Below the pieces are notes generated by a model. The model was not told the origin of the DNA, searched no databases, and saw nothing but the letters and a program-made list of their open reading frames with translations. A DNA stretch of 64,000 bases, from the NCBI GenBank assembly GCA_018238155.1, contig JABCTZ010000046.1:256001-320000 (forward strand), in the 5' to 3' direction. Made by a program: the position numbers and the translations under genes. Positions 1 through 10,463 of the stretch are shown piece by piece. This DNA comes from Candidatus Heimdallarchaeota archaeon (lineage in GTDB: Archaea; Asgardarchaeota; Heimdallarchaeia; JABLTI01). The stretch's first letter is position 1. Every line of letters starts with the position of its first letter.

Positions 1-627
1 TGTGGAATGTGCTTTGCCCGGTGGCAACCAATTTAATCCTCTGCCTGAGAAGATATAAATTAGTAGATAGCCTACAACAAAAATCGGCATTGATTGAAAT
101 AGTAATGCCATTGCACTAATACCTGAATCTATCCAAGAATTTTGGAATTTTGCTGCCATTACTCCTAAAAGAATTGAGATAATTAACGAAATTAAGAATT
201 GAGTAATTTGAAGTTTGAGTGTTTCAGGCAAAAAATTACCGATTGCATCTAATACAGGTTCTCTAGTAAAGAATGTTAAACCCAAATCAAATGTTGCAAA
301 TCCACCCAACCAAACGAAATATTGCTGCATAGGAGGCTTGGCTAAACCAAGTGTCTCACGAATACGATCAATATCTGCAGGTGTAATGTGTGGGTTTTGT
401 TGTATAAGATAACCTAATGGATCACCAATCAAATACATTAACGAAAAAGTAATGATCGATATACCAATAAACAATGGAATAATAGTGAGAATTCTTCTGA
501 AGCTATAAATTAATAGCCGATTTTTAGTAATAGATTTGAACCAACCACCTATACCATACCAGTTGGAAACTCTATTAGGATTTGAATCGATTTCTTCAGG
601 AATGTTTTCGACAACAACTTCTGTCAT
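1..627 (-). CDS. ABC dipeptide/oligopeptide transporter permease (DppB/OppB-like), truncated by window edge
   Basis: Not in the ORF track. Hand translation from ATG at 627: MTEVVVENIPEE...RRILTIIPLFIGISIITFSLMYLIGDP...RETLGLAKPPMQQYFVWLGGFATFDLG...LPETLKL..., a typical BPD_transp_1_N pattern. A GGAG SD-like motif lies upstream. Confidence 0.9.
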   Translation of the reverse strand, partial: MTEVVVENIPEEIDSNPNRVSNWYGIGGWFKSITKNRLLIYSFRRILTIIPLFIGISIITFSLMYLIGDPLGYLIQQNPHITPADIDRIRETLGLAKPPMQQYFVWLGGFATFDLGLTFFTREPVLDAIGNFLPETLKLQITQFLISLIISILLGVMAAKFQNSWIDSGISAMALLFQSMPIFVVGYLLIYIFSGRGLNWLPPGKAHST

Positions 628-862
628 AGTTCTAACTCCAAATCAAAGTTCGACATTCAATCGTTCTTTGGATAATAACCTAAATAGATATTACTCACTT
701 AAACTTCTCAAATGATAAATATCAAGGTTATGTATAGTCTGTTAAAGAGATAATTATCATATTTATACCTTACTTCTACATAAAAAAAGAGTGAGGCTAC
801 AAAAAGTTTTCTTTCGCTATTTTAACAATATGATTAAAAAAAAGTGAAAGAAATACTTTCAC

Positions 863-1849
863 TTAGGTTACGACAACACCACATTCTTTGCAAACCCTGG
901 AACCAGATTCAACTAATGTACCACAAACTTTACACGTATGAACCTTCGTTGGTTCATATAATTCTGTAGTAGGTAGACTTAGATGAATTTGTTGACCAAC
1001 CAATTGAGCTTTTAGATTTTTAGGATTGTCAAGTATTTTCATCATATCTTCTGGAATTGAAATACGATTTTGATTGTCAACAGCTAATCTTCGAGTTCCT
1101 GCGAGATCTCTTAGACGAATGTTGCTGTCATGGGTTGCTAAAATTACTCCATCTTCAATTTCTATGGTACGTTCTGCACGAGAAGCTACTTGTTGAGCGT
1201 GAGTTGCCAATAGAAGAGCAACACCTAATTCACGATTGATTTCATCTAATACATCAAGAACATGCTCACCTGTTAAGGGATCGAGTGAAGCTGTAACTTC
1301 ATCTGCAATAACCAATTTAGGATTTGTAATAAGTGCAGCGGCAAGTGCAACACGTTGTTTTTCACCACCCGATAACATTCCTGGACGATGCTTTTTCCGT
1401 TCACTTAAACCAACTAAATCAACTAACATATCACATCGTTCATCAATTTCTTTATTCTCCATTCCCGCTAAATGTCCACCCAGCTTAACATTCTGAACAA
1501 CATTTAAATGAGGAATAAGTTTTGTTTCTTGAAAAACTAGTCCGGCAAATTTTCTTCGAGCACGAACGATTTGTTCTGGAGAGAGTCTAGAAATGTCTCG
1601 AGATATCCCTGACCAAAATATCTTCCCAGAAGTTGGGGGTAAAAGTCCAGCTGAAATATTTACTAAAGTTGATTTTCCAGCACCAGAAGGACCAATAAGT
1701 GCCACTTTTTCACCAGGATAAATAGTCATTGAAACTCCACGAAGAGCAATTGTCTCTGTTTTCTCACTTTGATAGATTTTATAAACCTCTTCAATGTTCA
1801 AAATTGGCATTTTTAATTGTGATTGACCAGCAGCCATTTTCATACCCAA
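863..1849 (-). CDS. ABC ATP-binding protein (LolD/MacB-like) with C-terminal AbrB-like domain and zinc ribbon
   Basis: Walker A GPSGAGKS, signature LSGGE, Walker B VIADE, H-loop ATH. Tail has VDNQNRISIPEDM (AbrB/MraZ-like) and CKVCG...CKECG. Confidence 0.9.
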   Translation of the reverse strand: MGMKMAAGQSQLKMPILNIEEVYKIYQSEKTETIALRGVSMTIYPGEKVALIGPSGAGKSTLVNISAGLLPPTSGKIFWSGISRDISRLSPEQIVRARRKFAGLVFQETKLIPHLNVVQNVKLGGHLAGMENKEIDERCDMLVDLVGLSERKKHRPGMLSGGEKQRVALAAALITNPKLVIADEVTASLDPLTGEHVLDVLDEINRELGVALLLATHAQQVASRAERTIEIEDGVILATHDSNIRLRDLAGTRRLAVDNQNRISIPEDMMKILDNPKNLKAQLVGQQIHLSLPTTELYEPTKVHTCKVCGTLVESGSRVCKECGVVVT

Positions 1850-2015
1850 TGGATTTGATAGTAATGCCCATATTTTAATGTATTATCTAGTCTAGAATGG
1901 TTTATTCTAAAGTATCTATTGTGATACAATAGCTGTTTCATAAAAAAGCGGCAGAAATTTAATTAAAGGAGTAGAGAAGCAAAATATAGAGAAAAATAAT
2001 TGTAGAAAAAGTTAT

Positions 2016-3026
2016 TTGATTTTGCAAGAAGCAAATAACGAGATTAGAGAAAATATTAAAAGGATAAAGGAGCAAAAACAATCTATGAGCACCATAAACG
2101 AAGAGAAGGAGCAACAGCATGAATCCAAAGTTATGTCTACTTGGGATCAAATGAAATCCTTCAAAGTAAAACCATTTAAACAGTATCTCGGTCCAACAGG
2201 GATTTGGATGCTTTGCTATTATTTTATTATGATTTTCATAATGATTGCAATGAATATTGCACGTGTAGGATGGTCAGGTGAAGCAATATTTGCTGCCCCT
2301 GCACACTTTGCTCAATTATTTCTTAATTATGGTTTAAATGCCGGAAAAGTTGCCGCTGATCCATTAGATACGGTCAATGATTTCTATCTTGAAAAAATTG
2401 AATTTAACAGACCATTAATGTCTGCCTCATGGTTATTCGCTCCAATGATTGTTTATGTTATTGGAATTATACTCGCTATTGTTGGTGGTTCAGGTTATCC
2501 ACAACCAACAGGTGAATATGGATATTTGGAGAATTTCTTTTACTTCAATGAAAGAACAGTAGGATTAACTGGTGATCCATTAAGTGAAAACCCAGGAAAG
2601 GGTGGCTCATTTTATTTTCTACTTGTCTGGTTACCAATAATTCTCTCGGCAATTTTAGGGGCAATGATTTCAAAGAGATTATTTAAAGATCCAAAACAAC
2701 ACAAATCTTTCAATGTCATTAAAATGATGTTGTATAATCTATTTGCAGGATTTATTGTAGGATTACAAATGGGATACATGACAGGTAAAGTAACAATCAG
2801 TTTATGGGGAACAATTGTAACAATTTTCACTTCATCTTACGATAATACAGGTTACATGTTCTCAGGACAATATAATCCCAACGTGATGATGTTTACTTCA
2901 TGGTTTATCAATTTTATACCAATAATAATTATTGCAACCGCATATGTTCTTTATGGACCACTTGAGGATAAAATTGTTAATCTATTGAAAGGAAATCCAC
3001 AAAATCAAACAAAAAAAGTGGAATAA
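2016..3026 (+). CDS. Hypothetical multi-pass membrane protein
   Basis: 336-aa ORF with 5-6 hydrophobic segments and no recognised motif; the true start may be downstream. Confidence 0.7.
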   Translation: MILQEANNEIRENIKRIKEQKQSMSTINEEKEQQHESKVMSTWDQMKSFKVKPFKQYLGPTGIWMLCYYFIMIFIMIAMNIARVGWSGEAIFAAPAHFAQLFLNYGLNAGKVAADPLDTVNDFYLEKIEFNRPLMSASWLFAPMIVYVIGIILAIVGGSGYPQPTGEYGYLENFFYFNERTVGLTGDPLSENPGKGGSFYFLLVWLPIILSAILGAMISKRLFKDPKQHKSFNVIKMMLYNLFAGFIVGLQMGYMTGKVTISLWGTIVTIFTSSYDNTGYMFSGQYNPNVMMFTSWFINFIPIIIIATAYVLYGPLEDKIVNLLKGNPQNQTKKVE

Positions 3027-3052
3027 ACTTTAGCAGAAAAAAAAGTGCTCTA

Positions 3053-3095
3053 TTGGCGGTTAACTCCGCCGAAAAATCTTTTTAATTTTTCTTTC
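3053..3095 (+). terminator. Putative GC hairpin terminator
   Basis: GGCGG-TTAACT-CCGCC stem-loop (3055-3070) followed by T-rich tracts, just after the stop at 3026. Confidence 0.45.
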
Positions 3096-3355
3096 AAAGA
3101 TCAAAAAATTTCTGAGGGTTTTCCACGAAATATTTAATTAATGTCTAAGTTACTATTTTTAGATGAATTTCTACAAAATAAATGTCCTAATACATTTTAG
3201 CAAAAACTGAAATTAGACCTCTTTTCGAACAAATTAAACAGTCTACTCAAGTGTTCTTTAATTCAGGATTATATATCCCAAAGTAATTTTTTAGAAATAA
3301 ACCATTGGTCGAAAAAAGTAATAAAGAACTAAAATAAATTACTATCGGTTAGGAT

Positions 3356-4204
3356 ATGGCTCTTCCACATTGGCTAATTAAAATCGTAATGAGATTATTT
3401 CCGAAGAGGTTCTTCTTGGCGAGATTAACTCATATTCGAATCCTAAGAAAAGTCGCAGAAATTTGGCTATTCAAAGATGATGAAACTTACTATTTACCAC
3501 AAGAAACAATCATAACAGATAAAAAAAGTAGAAGTAAAAAAATTGTTATCAACAAAGCAATTGATCAAACAATAGATCTGGTTTTACCATCTCAAGTAAT
3601 TGAACATTTTATTGATAAAGCAAAATATCAGTGGTTAATGAATTTCTGTTTGTGCAGAACTGCAAATGATTGTAAAAATTATTCAAAAGATCTGGGGTGT
3701 CTTTTTTTAGGAGAAGCTGTGCTCGATATTAACCCAGCTTATGGAAAACTAATTTCAAAAGAAACAGCTAAAAAACATCTACTAAAATGTCAAGCCGAAG
3801 GGTTAGTTCATCTTATTGGAAAAAATAGAATTGATACACAATGGTTACAAATTGGACCCGGAACAAAACTAATGTCAATTTGTAATTGTTGTGAATGTTG
3901 TTGTTTATGGAAGATGACACCATATATTGATACAAAAATAAGAAGAAATCTATCACGAATGCCTGGTGTATCAGTTCAAGTAAATGACAATTGTACTTCA
4001 TGTGGAGATTGTCTGAACGATATCTGTTTTGTCAATGCAATTTCAATGGAAGGAGATAAAGCCCAAATTAATCAAGAATTTTGCTTAGGTTGTGGAAGAT
4101 GTGTGAATGTTTGTGCACAAAACGCAATAATATTAAAAATAGATAATCAGTATTTTGTAGAGGAGACAATTGAGAACCTATCAAAAGTGGTTGATGTAAC
4201 CTAA
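3356..4204 (+). CDS. 4Fe-4S dicluster-binding protein
   Basis: CLCR...C, CNCCECCC motif, and C-terminal CTSCGDC...C and CLGCGRCVNVC ferredoxin motifs. Confidence 0.85.
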   Translation: MALPHWLIKIVMRLFPKRFFLARLTHIRILRKVAEIWLFKDDETYYLPQETIITDKKSRSKKIVINKAIDQTIDLVLPSQVIEHFIDKAKYQWLMNFCLCRTANDCKNYSKDLGCLFLGEAVLDINPAYGKLISKETAKKHLLKCQAEGLVHLIGKNRIDTQWLQIGPGTKLMSICNCCECCCLWKMTPYIDTKIRRNLSRMPGVSVQVNDNCTSCGDCLNDICFVNAISMEGDKAQINQEFCLGCGRCVNVCAQNAIILKIDNQYFVEETIENLSKVVDVT

Positions 4205-4233
4205 AGAAAAAATCTAAAAAAAGAAATCTAAGG

Positions 4234-5439
4234 ATGAACAAAATGGTATTTGTAAAAATATCTCAAGAAAATTATAAAAGAAGAATTGAATTTATTCGGA
4301 AGACTCTTCAAGAACAAAATTTGAAGGGAATGATATTCTTTAATCCAAGAAGTGTATTCTACCTTGTTGGTTTTCATCACATCCCAACAGAAAGGCCAAT
4401 AGCAATGATTCTCCCAACAGAGGGAGATATTGGGTTGTTTGTTCCAAATTTGGAAATAAATCATGTGAAAGATAAAGTTCCAATAGTGAAAGATGTATTC
4501 AGTTATTTTGAATATCCAGATGAAACACATCCAATGAAAATATTTGCCAAAGCTCTTGAAGAAAGAAAGCTAGCTGATAAGTCGATAGCTGCTGATGCTC
4601 CGGGAGCACCAACTTATTGGGGATATCAAGGTCCTGCTTTAGCTGAAATCATTCCAAAAGCAAAAATAACGATATTAAATGAATTGATTATGGATATGCG
4701 TGTAATTAAAGATCAAGAGGAAATTGCATTAATTAATGAAAGTTGCAAGTGGGGAAATCTTGCCCATCAATTGTTACAAGAATACACACATGTTGGTGCC
4801 GCAGAAATAGAAGTTGTAAATAGAGCATGTGCTGAAGCATCTAAAATGATGATTAAAACTCTGGGACCAGATTTCAAACCATTAGGTGGAGCAACCTCTG
4901 CTGCAGCTGGATATCGTGGGCAAATTGGTGCCGGTTCAGCAATTCCTCATGCAACAACTGGAAACATATTCTTCAAAAAAGGAGATACATTGGTTACAGG
5001 TGCAGGAGCAAATGTTAGCGGATATCGAAGTGAACTCGAGAGAACAATGTTTATGGGTGAACCTTCTAAGAAACAAGAAAAATATTTCGCTATTATGCTG
5101 AAAGCACAAAATGCAGCAATTGAAGCATTTGGTCCAGATGTGAAAAATGCTGATGTAGATCGAGCTGCTCGCAAGGTCTTCAAAGACGAAGGTGTTTGGG
5201 ATCTGGTACAGCACCATTCAGGGCATGCAATAGGTATGGAAGGACATGAACGACCTTTTCTAGATATCGGTTCAAAAGTTGTAATGAAACCTGGAATGGT
5301 ATTTACTATTGAGCCTGGAATTTACGTTCATGGCTTTGCAGGTTTCAGGCACTCAGATACAATTCTAATAACTGAAGATGGTAGTGAAATGATGACTTAC
5401 TATCCTCGTGAAATTGAAGATTTAATAATATATGATTGA
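4234..5439 (+). CDS. Xaa-Pro aminopeptidase/creatinase family (M24)
   Basis: Creatinase_N domain, R-VIKDQEE, HHSGHAIGMEGHE, TIEPGIY, GFRHSD. Confidence 0.9.
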   Translation: MNKMVFVKISQENYKRRIEFIRKTLQEQNLKGMIFFNPRSVFYLVGFHHIPTERPIAMILPTEGDIGLFVPNLEINHVKDKVPIVKDVFSYFEYPDETHPMKIFAKALEERKLADKSIAADAPGAPTYWGYQGPALAEIIPKAKITILNELIMDMRVIKDQEEIALINESCKWGNLAHQLLQEYTHVGAAEIEVVNRACAEASKMMIKTLGPDFKPLGGATSAAAGYRGQIGAGSAIPHATTGNIFFKKGDTLVTGAGANVSGYRSELERTMFMGEPSKKQEKYFAIMLKAQNAAIEAFGPDVKNADVDRAARKVFKDEGVWDLVQHHSGHAIGMEGHERPFLDIGSKVVMKPGMVFTIEPGIYVHGFAGFRHSDTILITEDGSEMMTYYPREIEDLIIYD

Positions 5440-5493
5440 AAAGTTGGATCATTATAGAACATCATGCCGCTGTTTCAGCGGTAAATTATTTTT

Positions 5494-6498
5494 TTATGAT
5501 AATTGTGTTACAATTAATCCACCTAATATTAAGCCTGCACCAAGACCAAACTGCCAATTAATCGTTTCGCCTTCTAGAAGAAAAACAGCTAAAATAGTAG
5601 CAATTATTGGAATTAGAAATTGAAATACACTTGCTTTTTGTACTGGAATTCTTTTAATCGTTTCAAACCAGAGAGTAAATGAAATAGCAGTTGGAACAAT
5701 ACCTAGGAAAGTAGTCAATAAAATGTCAGTGGTAGATGGAGTGAAAATAAACCAACCATCAACAATGAACATTACAGCTGTGAGAATAATAGCACTAAAT
5801 GTAAGATTCCATGTTGATGTAACAATGAAATCTTCATCTTGGAGAAATCTCTTAAGATAAATAGAATATATTGCCCAAGCAGCACCAGAAAGAAAAGCAA
5901 GCAGATTTCCTAAAATATTATCGCTCATGAACATTTGAGAAAGGTCTTCTAAGGGAACAGCAATAAAAAAGATTCCAATTGCAGCAATAAACACGCCAAC
6001 AGTACCCCACCAACGATGTTTTTCTTTTAGAATTATTATTGATAATACAAATGTAATTACAGGATTAACGTTTAGTAGAAATGAGGAAACAGATGCAGTT
6101 GTGTATTTAACTGAGTACATTTGTAATAAAACAAAAGAAGCAAGAATGATTGAAGCGATAATTAGGTGGAGATATTGCTTCTTCAGGGTTTCAAAGAGAG
6201 ATTTAGTTCTCCGAGAAATAAAACATACAATCAACAAAGTAATTGCTGCAGGTAAATATCGTAATGCACTAATTTGAGTTGGTGACAAAGGATTCACTTG
6301 TTGTGTAAGATATCTTCCAACAACATTTGGTGATGCCCATGTTACAATGATGAAAATTAGCATCAAAATAACTGGAAGAAGTGCTTTGAATTTCGTTTGA
6401 ACTGGTAATCCTTCAATTGAAATCTTTGACTTTGTAGTATCTTCTTGGGATTTATTTGAAGAATCATCAATAGTCTCAGTTATTTCCAAATTAATCAT
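5494..6498 (-). CDS. DMT/EamA family transporter
   Basis: About 10 TM segments in two EamA repeats (LRY, LKEK, GNLLAFLSGAAWAIY, FLLEGE). Confidence 0.9.
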   Translation of the reverse strand: MINLEITETIDDSSNKSQEDTTKSKISIEGLPVQTKFKALLPVILMLIFIIVTWASPNVVGRYLTQQVNPLSPTQISALRYLPAAITLLIVCFISRRTKSLFETLKKQYLHLIIASIILASFVLLQMYSVKYTTASVSSFLLNVNPVITFVLSIIILKEKHRWWGTVGVFIAAIGIFFIAVPLEDLSQMFMSDNILGNLLAFLSGAAWAIYSIYLKRFLQDEDFIVTSTWNLTFSAIILTAVMFIVDGWFIFTPSTTDILLTTFLGIVPTAISFTLWFETIKRIPVQKASVFQFLIPIIATILAVFLLEGETINWQFGLGAGLILGGLIVTQLS

Positions 6499-6565
6499 CC
6501 TCAGAAATAGAAATAAACAATTCCATTATTTAAATGAATAGCAAGTTTAAGAGGATTCATGAGTT

Positions 6566-7330
6566 GTGTCTGGAATGAAATTTATTGATTGTCATTGCCA
6601 TATTGCTGAAAACTACTTTCACAAGAAAATAGACTTTTTCGTGGATGAATGGACTAATCTAGGAATAAAAAAGATTGGAGCAATGGCTACAAATTTAAAA
6701 TCAACTTTGAGAAATTTGGAATTATCAGCCAAATATCCAAAATTATTTATCATAGGTGTAGGTAGGCATCCTTGGGGTGCACATAAATTTGATTTAGAAG
6801 AAAAAGAGAAGTTTGAAAAAATCATTTGTGACTCTCAAGTGGATGTTATTGGAGAAATTGGTTTAGATTATTATTTCGTAAAAGAGAAAGAAAAATATCC
6901 ACAACAGAAAATCGTTCTTGAATTCTTTCTGAAATTAGCACAGCAGTATAGAAAACCTGTTATGCTTCACCAGACAGGTGCAGAAAAGGAAATTTTGGAT
7001 ATTCTCACAACCTTTCAATTAAAAGGTGATATTTGTTGTCATTGGTATTCAGGACCGATTGACGTTCTCCATAAGCTAAATGATCTAGGATGTTATTTTT
7101 CGATAAACCCAGCATTTCTGAGAAGCAAAAATCATAGAGAAATACTAAACATTGTTTCAAAAGACAAACTACTAACTGAATCTGATGGTCCAGTCAAATT
7201 TCAAGGAAAACCAGGGTCACCTAGCTTTATACCATTTCTTTGTGAAAAACTTGCAGAGGAATTTAAAGCTTCAACAGAGGAAGTATCAAATCAAATTTTT
7301 TCAAACTTTCAAAAATATTTGAAATACTAA
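6566..7330 (+). CDS. tatD: TatD family DNase/amidohydrolase
   Basis: IDCHCH, GRHPW, IGEIGLDY, HWYSG, LTESDGP. Confidence 0.9.
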   Translation: MSGMKFIDCHCHIAENYFHKKIDFFVDEWTNLGIKKIGAMATNLKSTLRNLELSAKYPKLFIIGVGRHPWGAHKFDLEEKEKFEKIICDSQVDVIGEIGLDYYFVKEKEKYPQQKIVLEFFLKLAQQYRKPVMLHQTGAEKEILDILTTFQLKGDICCHWYSGPIDVLHKLNDLGCYFSINPAFLRSKNHREILNIVSKDKLLTESDGPVKFQGKPGSPSFIPFLCEKLAEEFKASTEEVSNQIFSNFQKYLKY

Positions 7331-7448
7331 GTTGCCCTATCCAAAACTCTTTTCAATGATTTTGAAGGATTTTACTAAATAGTATTGTCGGGAAGAAACA
7401 GATTTCATGTTAATATGTTTCTAGATTATTTCATAGGAGAAAGAATAT

Positions 7449-8372
7449 TTGACTAAAATGAAGTTCATCAAAGCTTGTCCTTTTTTACGAGACTTAGGTG
7501 ATAGCTTTCTTTGTGTAAATTGTGACAAAGTTGCTGATGTAGTTTTAGACCCACTTATTCATATAGAATGGAGCAATGAACTTCATCCTGTTGCTTCAGA
7601 AGTAGAAGATATTATTACTTGCTTATTTACTTTGGAAATTAAAGAAGATAATAGACTCTTTTGCATAAGTAGAAAACAATATTTGGAAATGGATAAACGT
7701 GAAATTCTCTGGAAAGATATTCGAGATGCAGTCATTTTACTAAGTTTAGATCAGCAAGGAGAGTTTAAAGATACAGAAATTGATTTTTGCTCAACATGTT
7801 TATATAAAGTCCTTATTGCTTCGAGTCCCGCATTTCAAAACCGATTAGATTTTAATGAGAAAATTCGATTGGGAACAGGTTTTATTTTAAATCGGGCAAA
7901 CGAAATTCATAATTCATTAGTTAATCTATCTGAGACATTTTCTAAAAAACAAAATGACAATACTAATGAGCTTTCTCCAACAAAAAAAGTTGAAATTTCA
8001 AATAATAAAACTACTGCATTTTCTTGGATGCTTTGGTTAACAAATGACCCTCGTTTCAATGATGAATTTATTGCCAACGCAATTGAATGGTCTCAAAAAT
8101 TCGATGAATGGAGAACAATCGTTTCAAGAATTACAGATGCAGAAATTGATGAAATAAAAATACGTAATGTAGAACAATCAGAAAAATATGCTGCACGATT
8201 AAAAGAAATATCTTTTGATATGGTAATGCGATTATCCTTTATTAAAAGAGATACAGATGAAATTGATGACATATTGAAATATGCAGATAAGGTTTTTTCA
8301 ATGGTTTGCATACAATTTGAAGATTTTATTTTCGTTTGCCACCAATTTTTAGATATAATAAAAGAAAAATAG
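7449..8372 (+). CDS. Hypothetical protein with Cys-rich N-terminal repeats and helical C-terminus
   Basis: 307-aa ORF with GGAG SD; CPF...FLCVNC, CLF...LFCISR and FCSTC motifs. Confidence 0.7.
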   Translation: MTKMKFIKACPFLRDLGDSFLCVNCDKVADVVLDPLIHIEWSNELHPVASEVEDIITCLFTLEIKEDNRLFCISRKQYLEMDKREILWKDIRDAVILLSLDQQGEFKDTEIDFCSTCLYKVLIASSPAFQNRLDFNEKIRLGTGFILNRANEIHNSLVNLSETFSKKQNDNTNELSPTKKVEISNNKTTAFSWMLWLTNDPRFNDEFIANAIEWSQKFDEWRTIVSRITDAEIDEIKIRNVEQSEKYAARLKEISFDMVMRLSFIKRDTDEIDDILKYADKVFSMVCIQFEDFIFVCHQFLDIIKEK

Positions 8373-8395
8373 AAAAAAAAAGCTAAACCAATCTA

Positions 8396-9358
8396 CTATT
8401 TTACTAATAGGGTTCCTGCTTTTTCTTTTAAAGCCTCTATTGCATTTTCAGGAGAAGTAATAATAGAAAGAGTTCCTCCATTTTCAATAAATCTTATTGC
8501 AGAACCTACTTTGGGTTTCATGCTACCTTTCGCAAATTGACCACCATCTAAAATCGTCTTCATCTCTTCAATGGTAATTTTTCCAATTGCTTTTTGATCA
8601 GGTTTCCCAAAATTGACATATGCATTTGGAACATCTGTTATTATCATAAGAATCTCAGCATCAATTTGAGTAGCTAAAACCTCTGTAGCTCTATCTTTGT
8701 CAATTACTGCTTCAACATCCTCAAATTGACCATTTTTTCGGGCAACAGGAATTCCACCTCCGCCAACAGCAATCACAATATCTCCTTCTTCCACACATCG
8801 TCGAATTGTTTTCCCTTCGAGTATTTTCAAAGGAATAGGTGAAGGAACTACTTTTCTGAATCCTCTTCCAGCATCATCGATGTATGTATCCTTAGATTTT
8901 TTTTGTAATTCAATTGCTTCCTCTTCTGTATAAAAGGGACCAATTGGTTTAGTAGGTTCCTTGAATGCAGAATCACTACTATCAACTAATACACGAGTAA
9001 TTATTGCAACTACACGTTTATCTTTCATCCCTGCTTCATACAGGAGCTCTTCCATAGCAGTTTGTATCATAAAACCAATTTGACCTTGAGACATTGCGCC
9101 ACAGATATTCAAAGGTTGTGCTGGTATTCCATCTGTTACAGCTGATGTTTGCTGAACAAGTATATTGCCTACTTGTGGACCATTGCCATGAGTAAGAATA
9201 ACGCCATAACCCATCTCGATAATTTTCACAATAACTTCAGTAGCAACGCGCAAATTTTCCATTTGCTGTTCATAGGTTTTTGGTTGACCTTTCTGAAGAA
9301 TCATATTTCCGCCAAGTGCTATTGCAACAAGTTTTTTTTCCATACTTTGCCTGTCCAA
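8396..9358 (-). CDS. arcC: Carbamate kinase
   Basis: IALGGN, THGNGPQVG, PTKPIGPFY, RKVVPSP, GGGGIPV, AVIDKD, GSMKPKV. Confidence 0.95.
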   Translation of the reverse strand: MDRQSMEKKLVAIALGGNMILQKGQPKTYEQQMENLRVATEVIVKIIEMGYGVILTHGNGPQVGNILVQQTSAVTDGIPAQPLNICGAMSQGQIGFMIQTAMEELLYEAGMKDKRVVAIITRVLVDSSDSAFKEPTKPIGPFYTEEEAIELQKKSKDTYIDDAGRGFRKVVPSPIPLKILEGKTIRRCVEEGDIVIAVGGGGIPVARKNGQFEDVEAVIDKDRATEVLATQIDAEILMIITDVPNAYVNFGKPDQKAIGKITIEEMKTILDGGQFAKGSMKPKVGSAIRFIENGGTLSIITSPENAIEALKEKAGTLLVK

Positions 9359-9495
9359 ATGAAATTTTTTCGTATTTATCTAGTAAAGAGGTATCTCTTA
9401 GAGATATTTTGTTTAAAAAATCTTCTAAAAGAAGAAGAAATAAGTGAATAAAATAGCACTTTTTTGTGAGTTGAAGCACAAATGAATTATATTGT

Positions 9496-10359
9496 ATGGT
9501 GTATAGTAATATTTCAGAAGGGATAGTCATGAAAGAATTTGAAGTACTACTTGAGGAACTAGCTGTATCTAGCGATATTGAAATTCAATGCACTATCATT
9601 TCTCGATTAGGGGAAACAGGTGAAAAAGAAGCGATAGGTTTCTTAGTCAAATATTTTAGTAGAAAAATTGATAATGTAATTAAAAGCCACATTACTAATG
9701 CATTAATCAAGATTTGTGGAAAAAAGGCTCCAAAAGAATTGCTTAAACTTTTACGGCATGAATCTTGGGTTACTCGGATGAAAGCAGCAGAAATTTTAGG
9801 TGAAATTGGAGATAAAAAAGCTGTTCCGCTTTTGATAAGAACACTACGCATTGATCCAGAACAAACAGTTAAAGAATGGGTTGCGATTTCTTTAGGTAAA
9901 ATTGGAGATAAAAAAGCTTCAAAACCCCTTGTTGCAAGCCTATTAAGTGATCCTAATTTTGAAGTTAGAATGGAATCAGCTAATGCTTTAGGTAGGATAT
10001 TGGAAAAGAAATCAACCAACTCCCTATTAGATGCTTATTATTTAGATGATGATTATAGAGTGAAATGGGCAGCAGCCTCAGCATTAGTAAAATTAGATGA
10101 AGAAAAATCAAAAGAACTCATAGAAGAATTGACTACTAATTTAATTGATATCATTCGATTCGAAAAAGATGAAATAATTGTTGGAGCTGCAGCAAAAACA
10201 TTAGGGGAAATTGGAAATGAAATTTCGGCGAAAATTCTGCTCAAAACCATGAAAATTAGTAGAGAATTGGTTCAATTGGAGATAAATTTGGCTCTTGATT
10301 GTATGGCAAAACGGTTTAACTATAGAAATAAAGAAGAATTTGTGAAAAATATACACTAG
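9496..10359 (+). CDS. HEAT/PBS-lyase repeat protein
   Basis: Repeated AAExLGEIGD / ALGxI / VRxxAAxAL units. Confidence 0.9.
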   Translation: MVYSNISEGIVMKEFEVLLEELAVSSDIEIQCTIISRLGETGEKEAIGFLVKYFSRKIDNVIKSHITNALIKICGKKAPKELLKLLRHESWVTRMKAAEILGEIGDKKAVPLLIRTLRIDPEQTVKEWVAISLGKIGDKKASKPLVASLLSDPNFEVRMESANALGRILEKKSTNSLLDAYYLDDDYRVKWAAASALVKLDEEKSKELIEELTTNLIDIIRFEKDEIIVGAAAKTLGEIGNEISAKILLKTMKISRELVQLEINLALDCMAKRFNYRNKEEFVKNIH

Positions 10360-10463
10360 AGAAAGAAAGAGTGAGAAAAAACCCGTTTAAAGCTATTTTG
10401 TGTTCAATGATAGTCTTTTTAACCTAAGAGTTCAAAACAATAATAAAAAAGAGTTGGCTAGGG

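Noticed and set aside
215-412. 65-aa plus-strand ORF
   Set aside because: Antisense shadow of the DppB-like permease on the minus strand.
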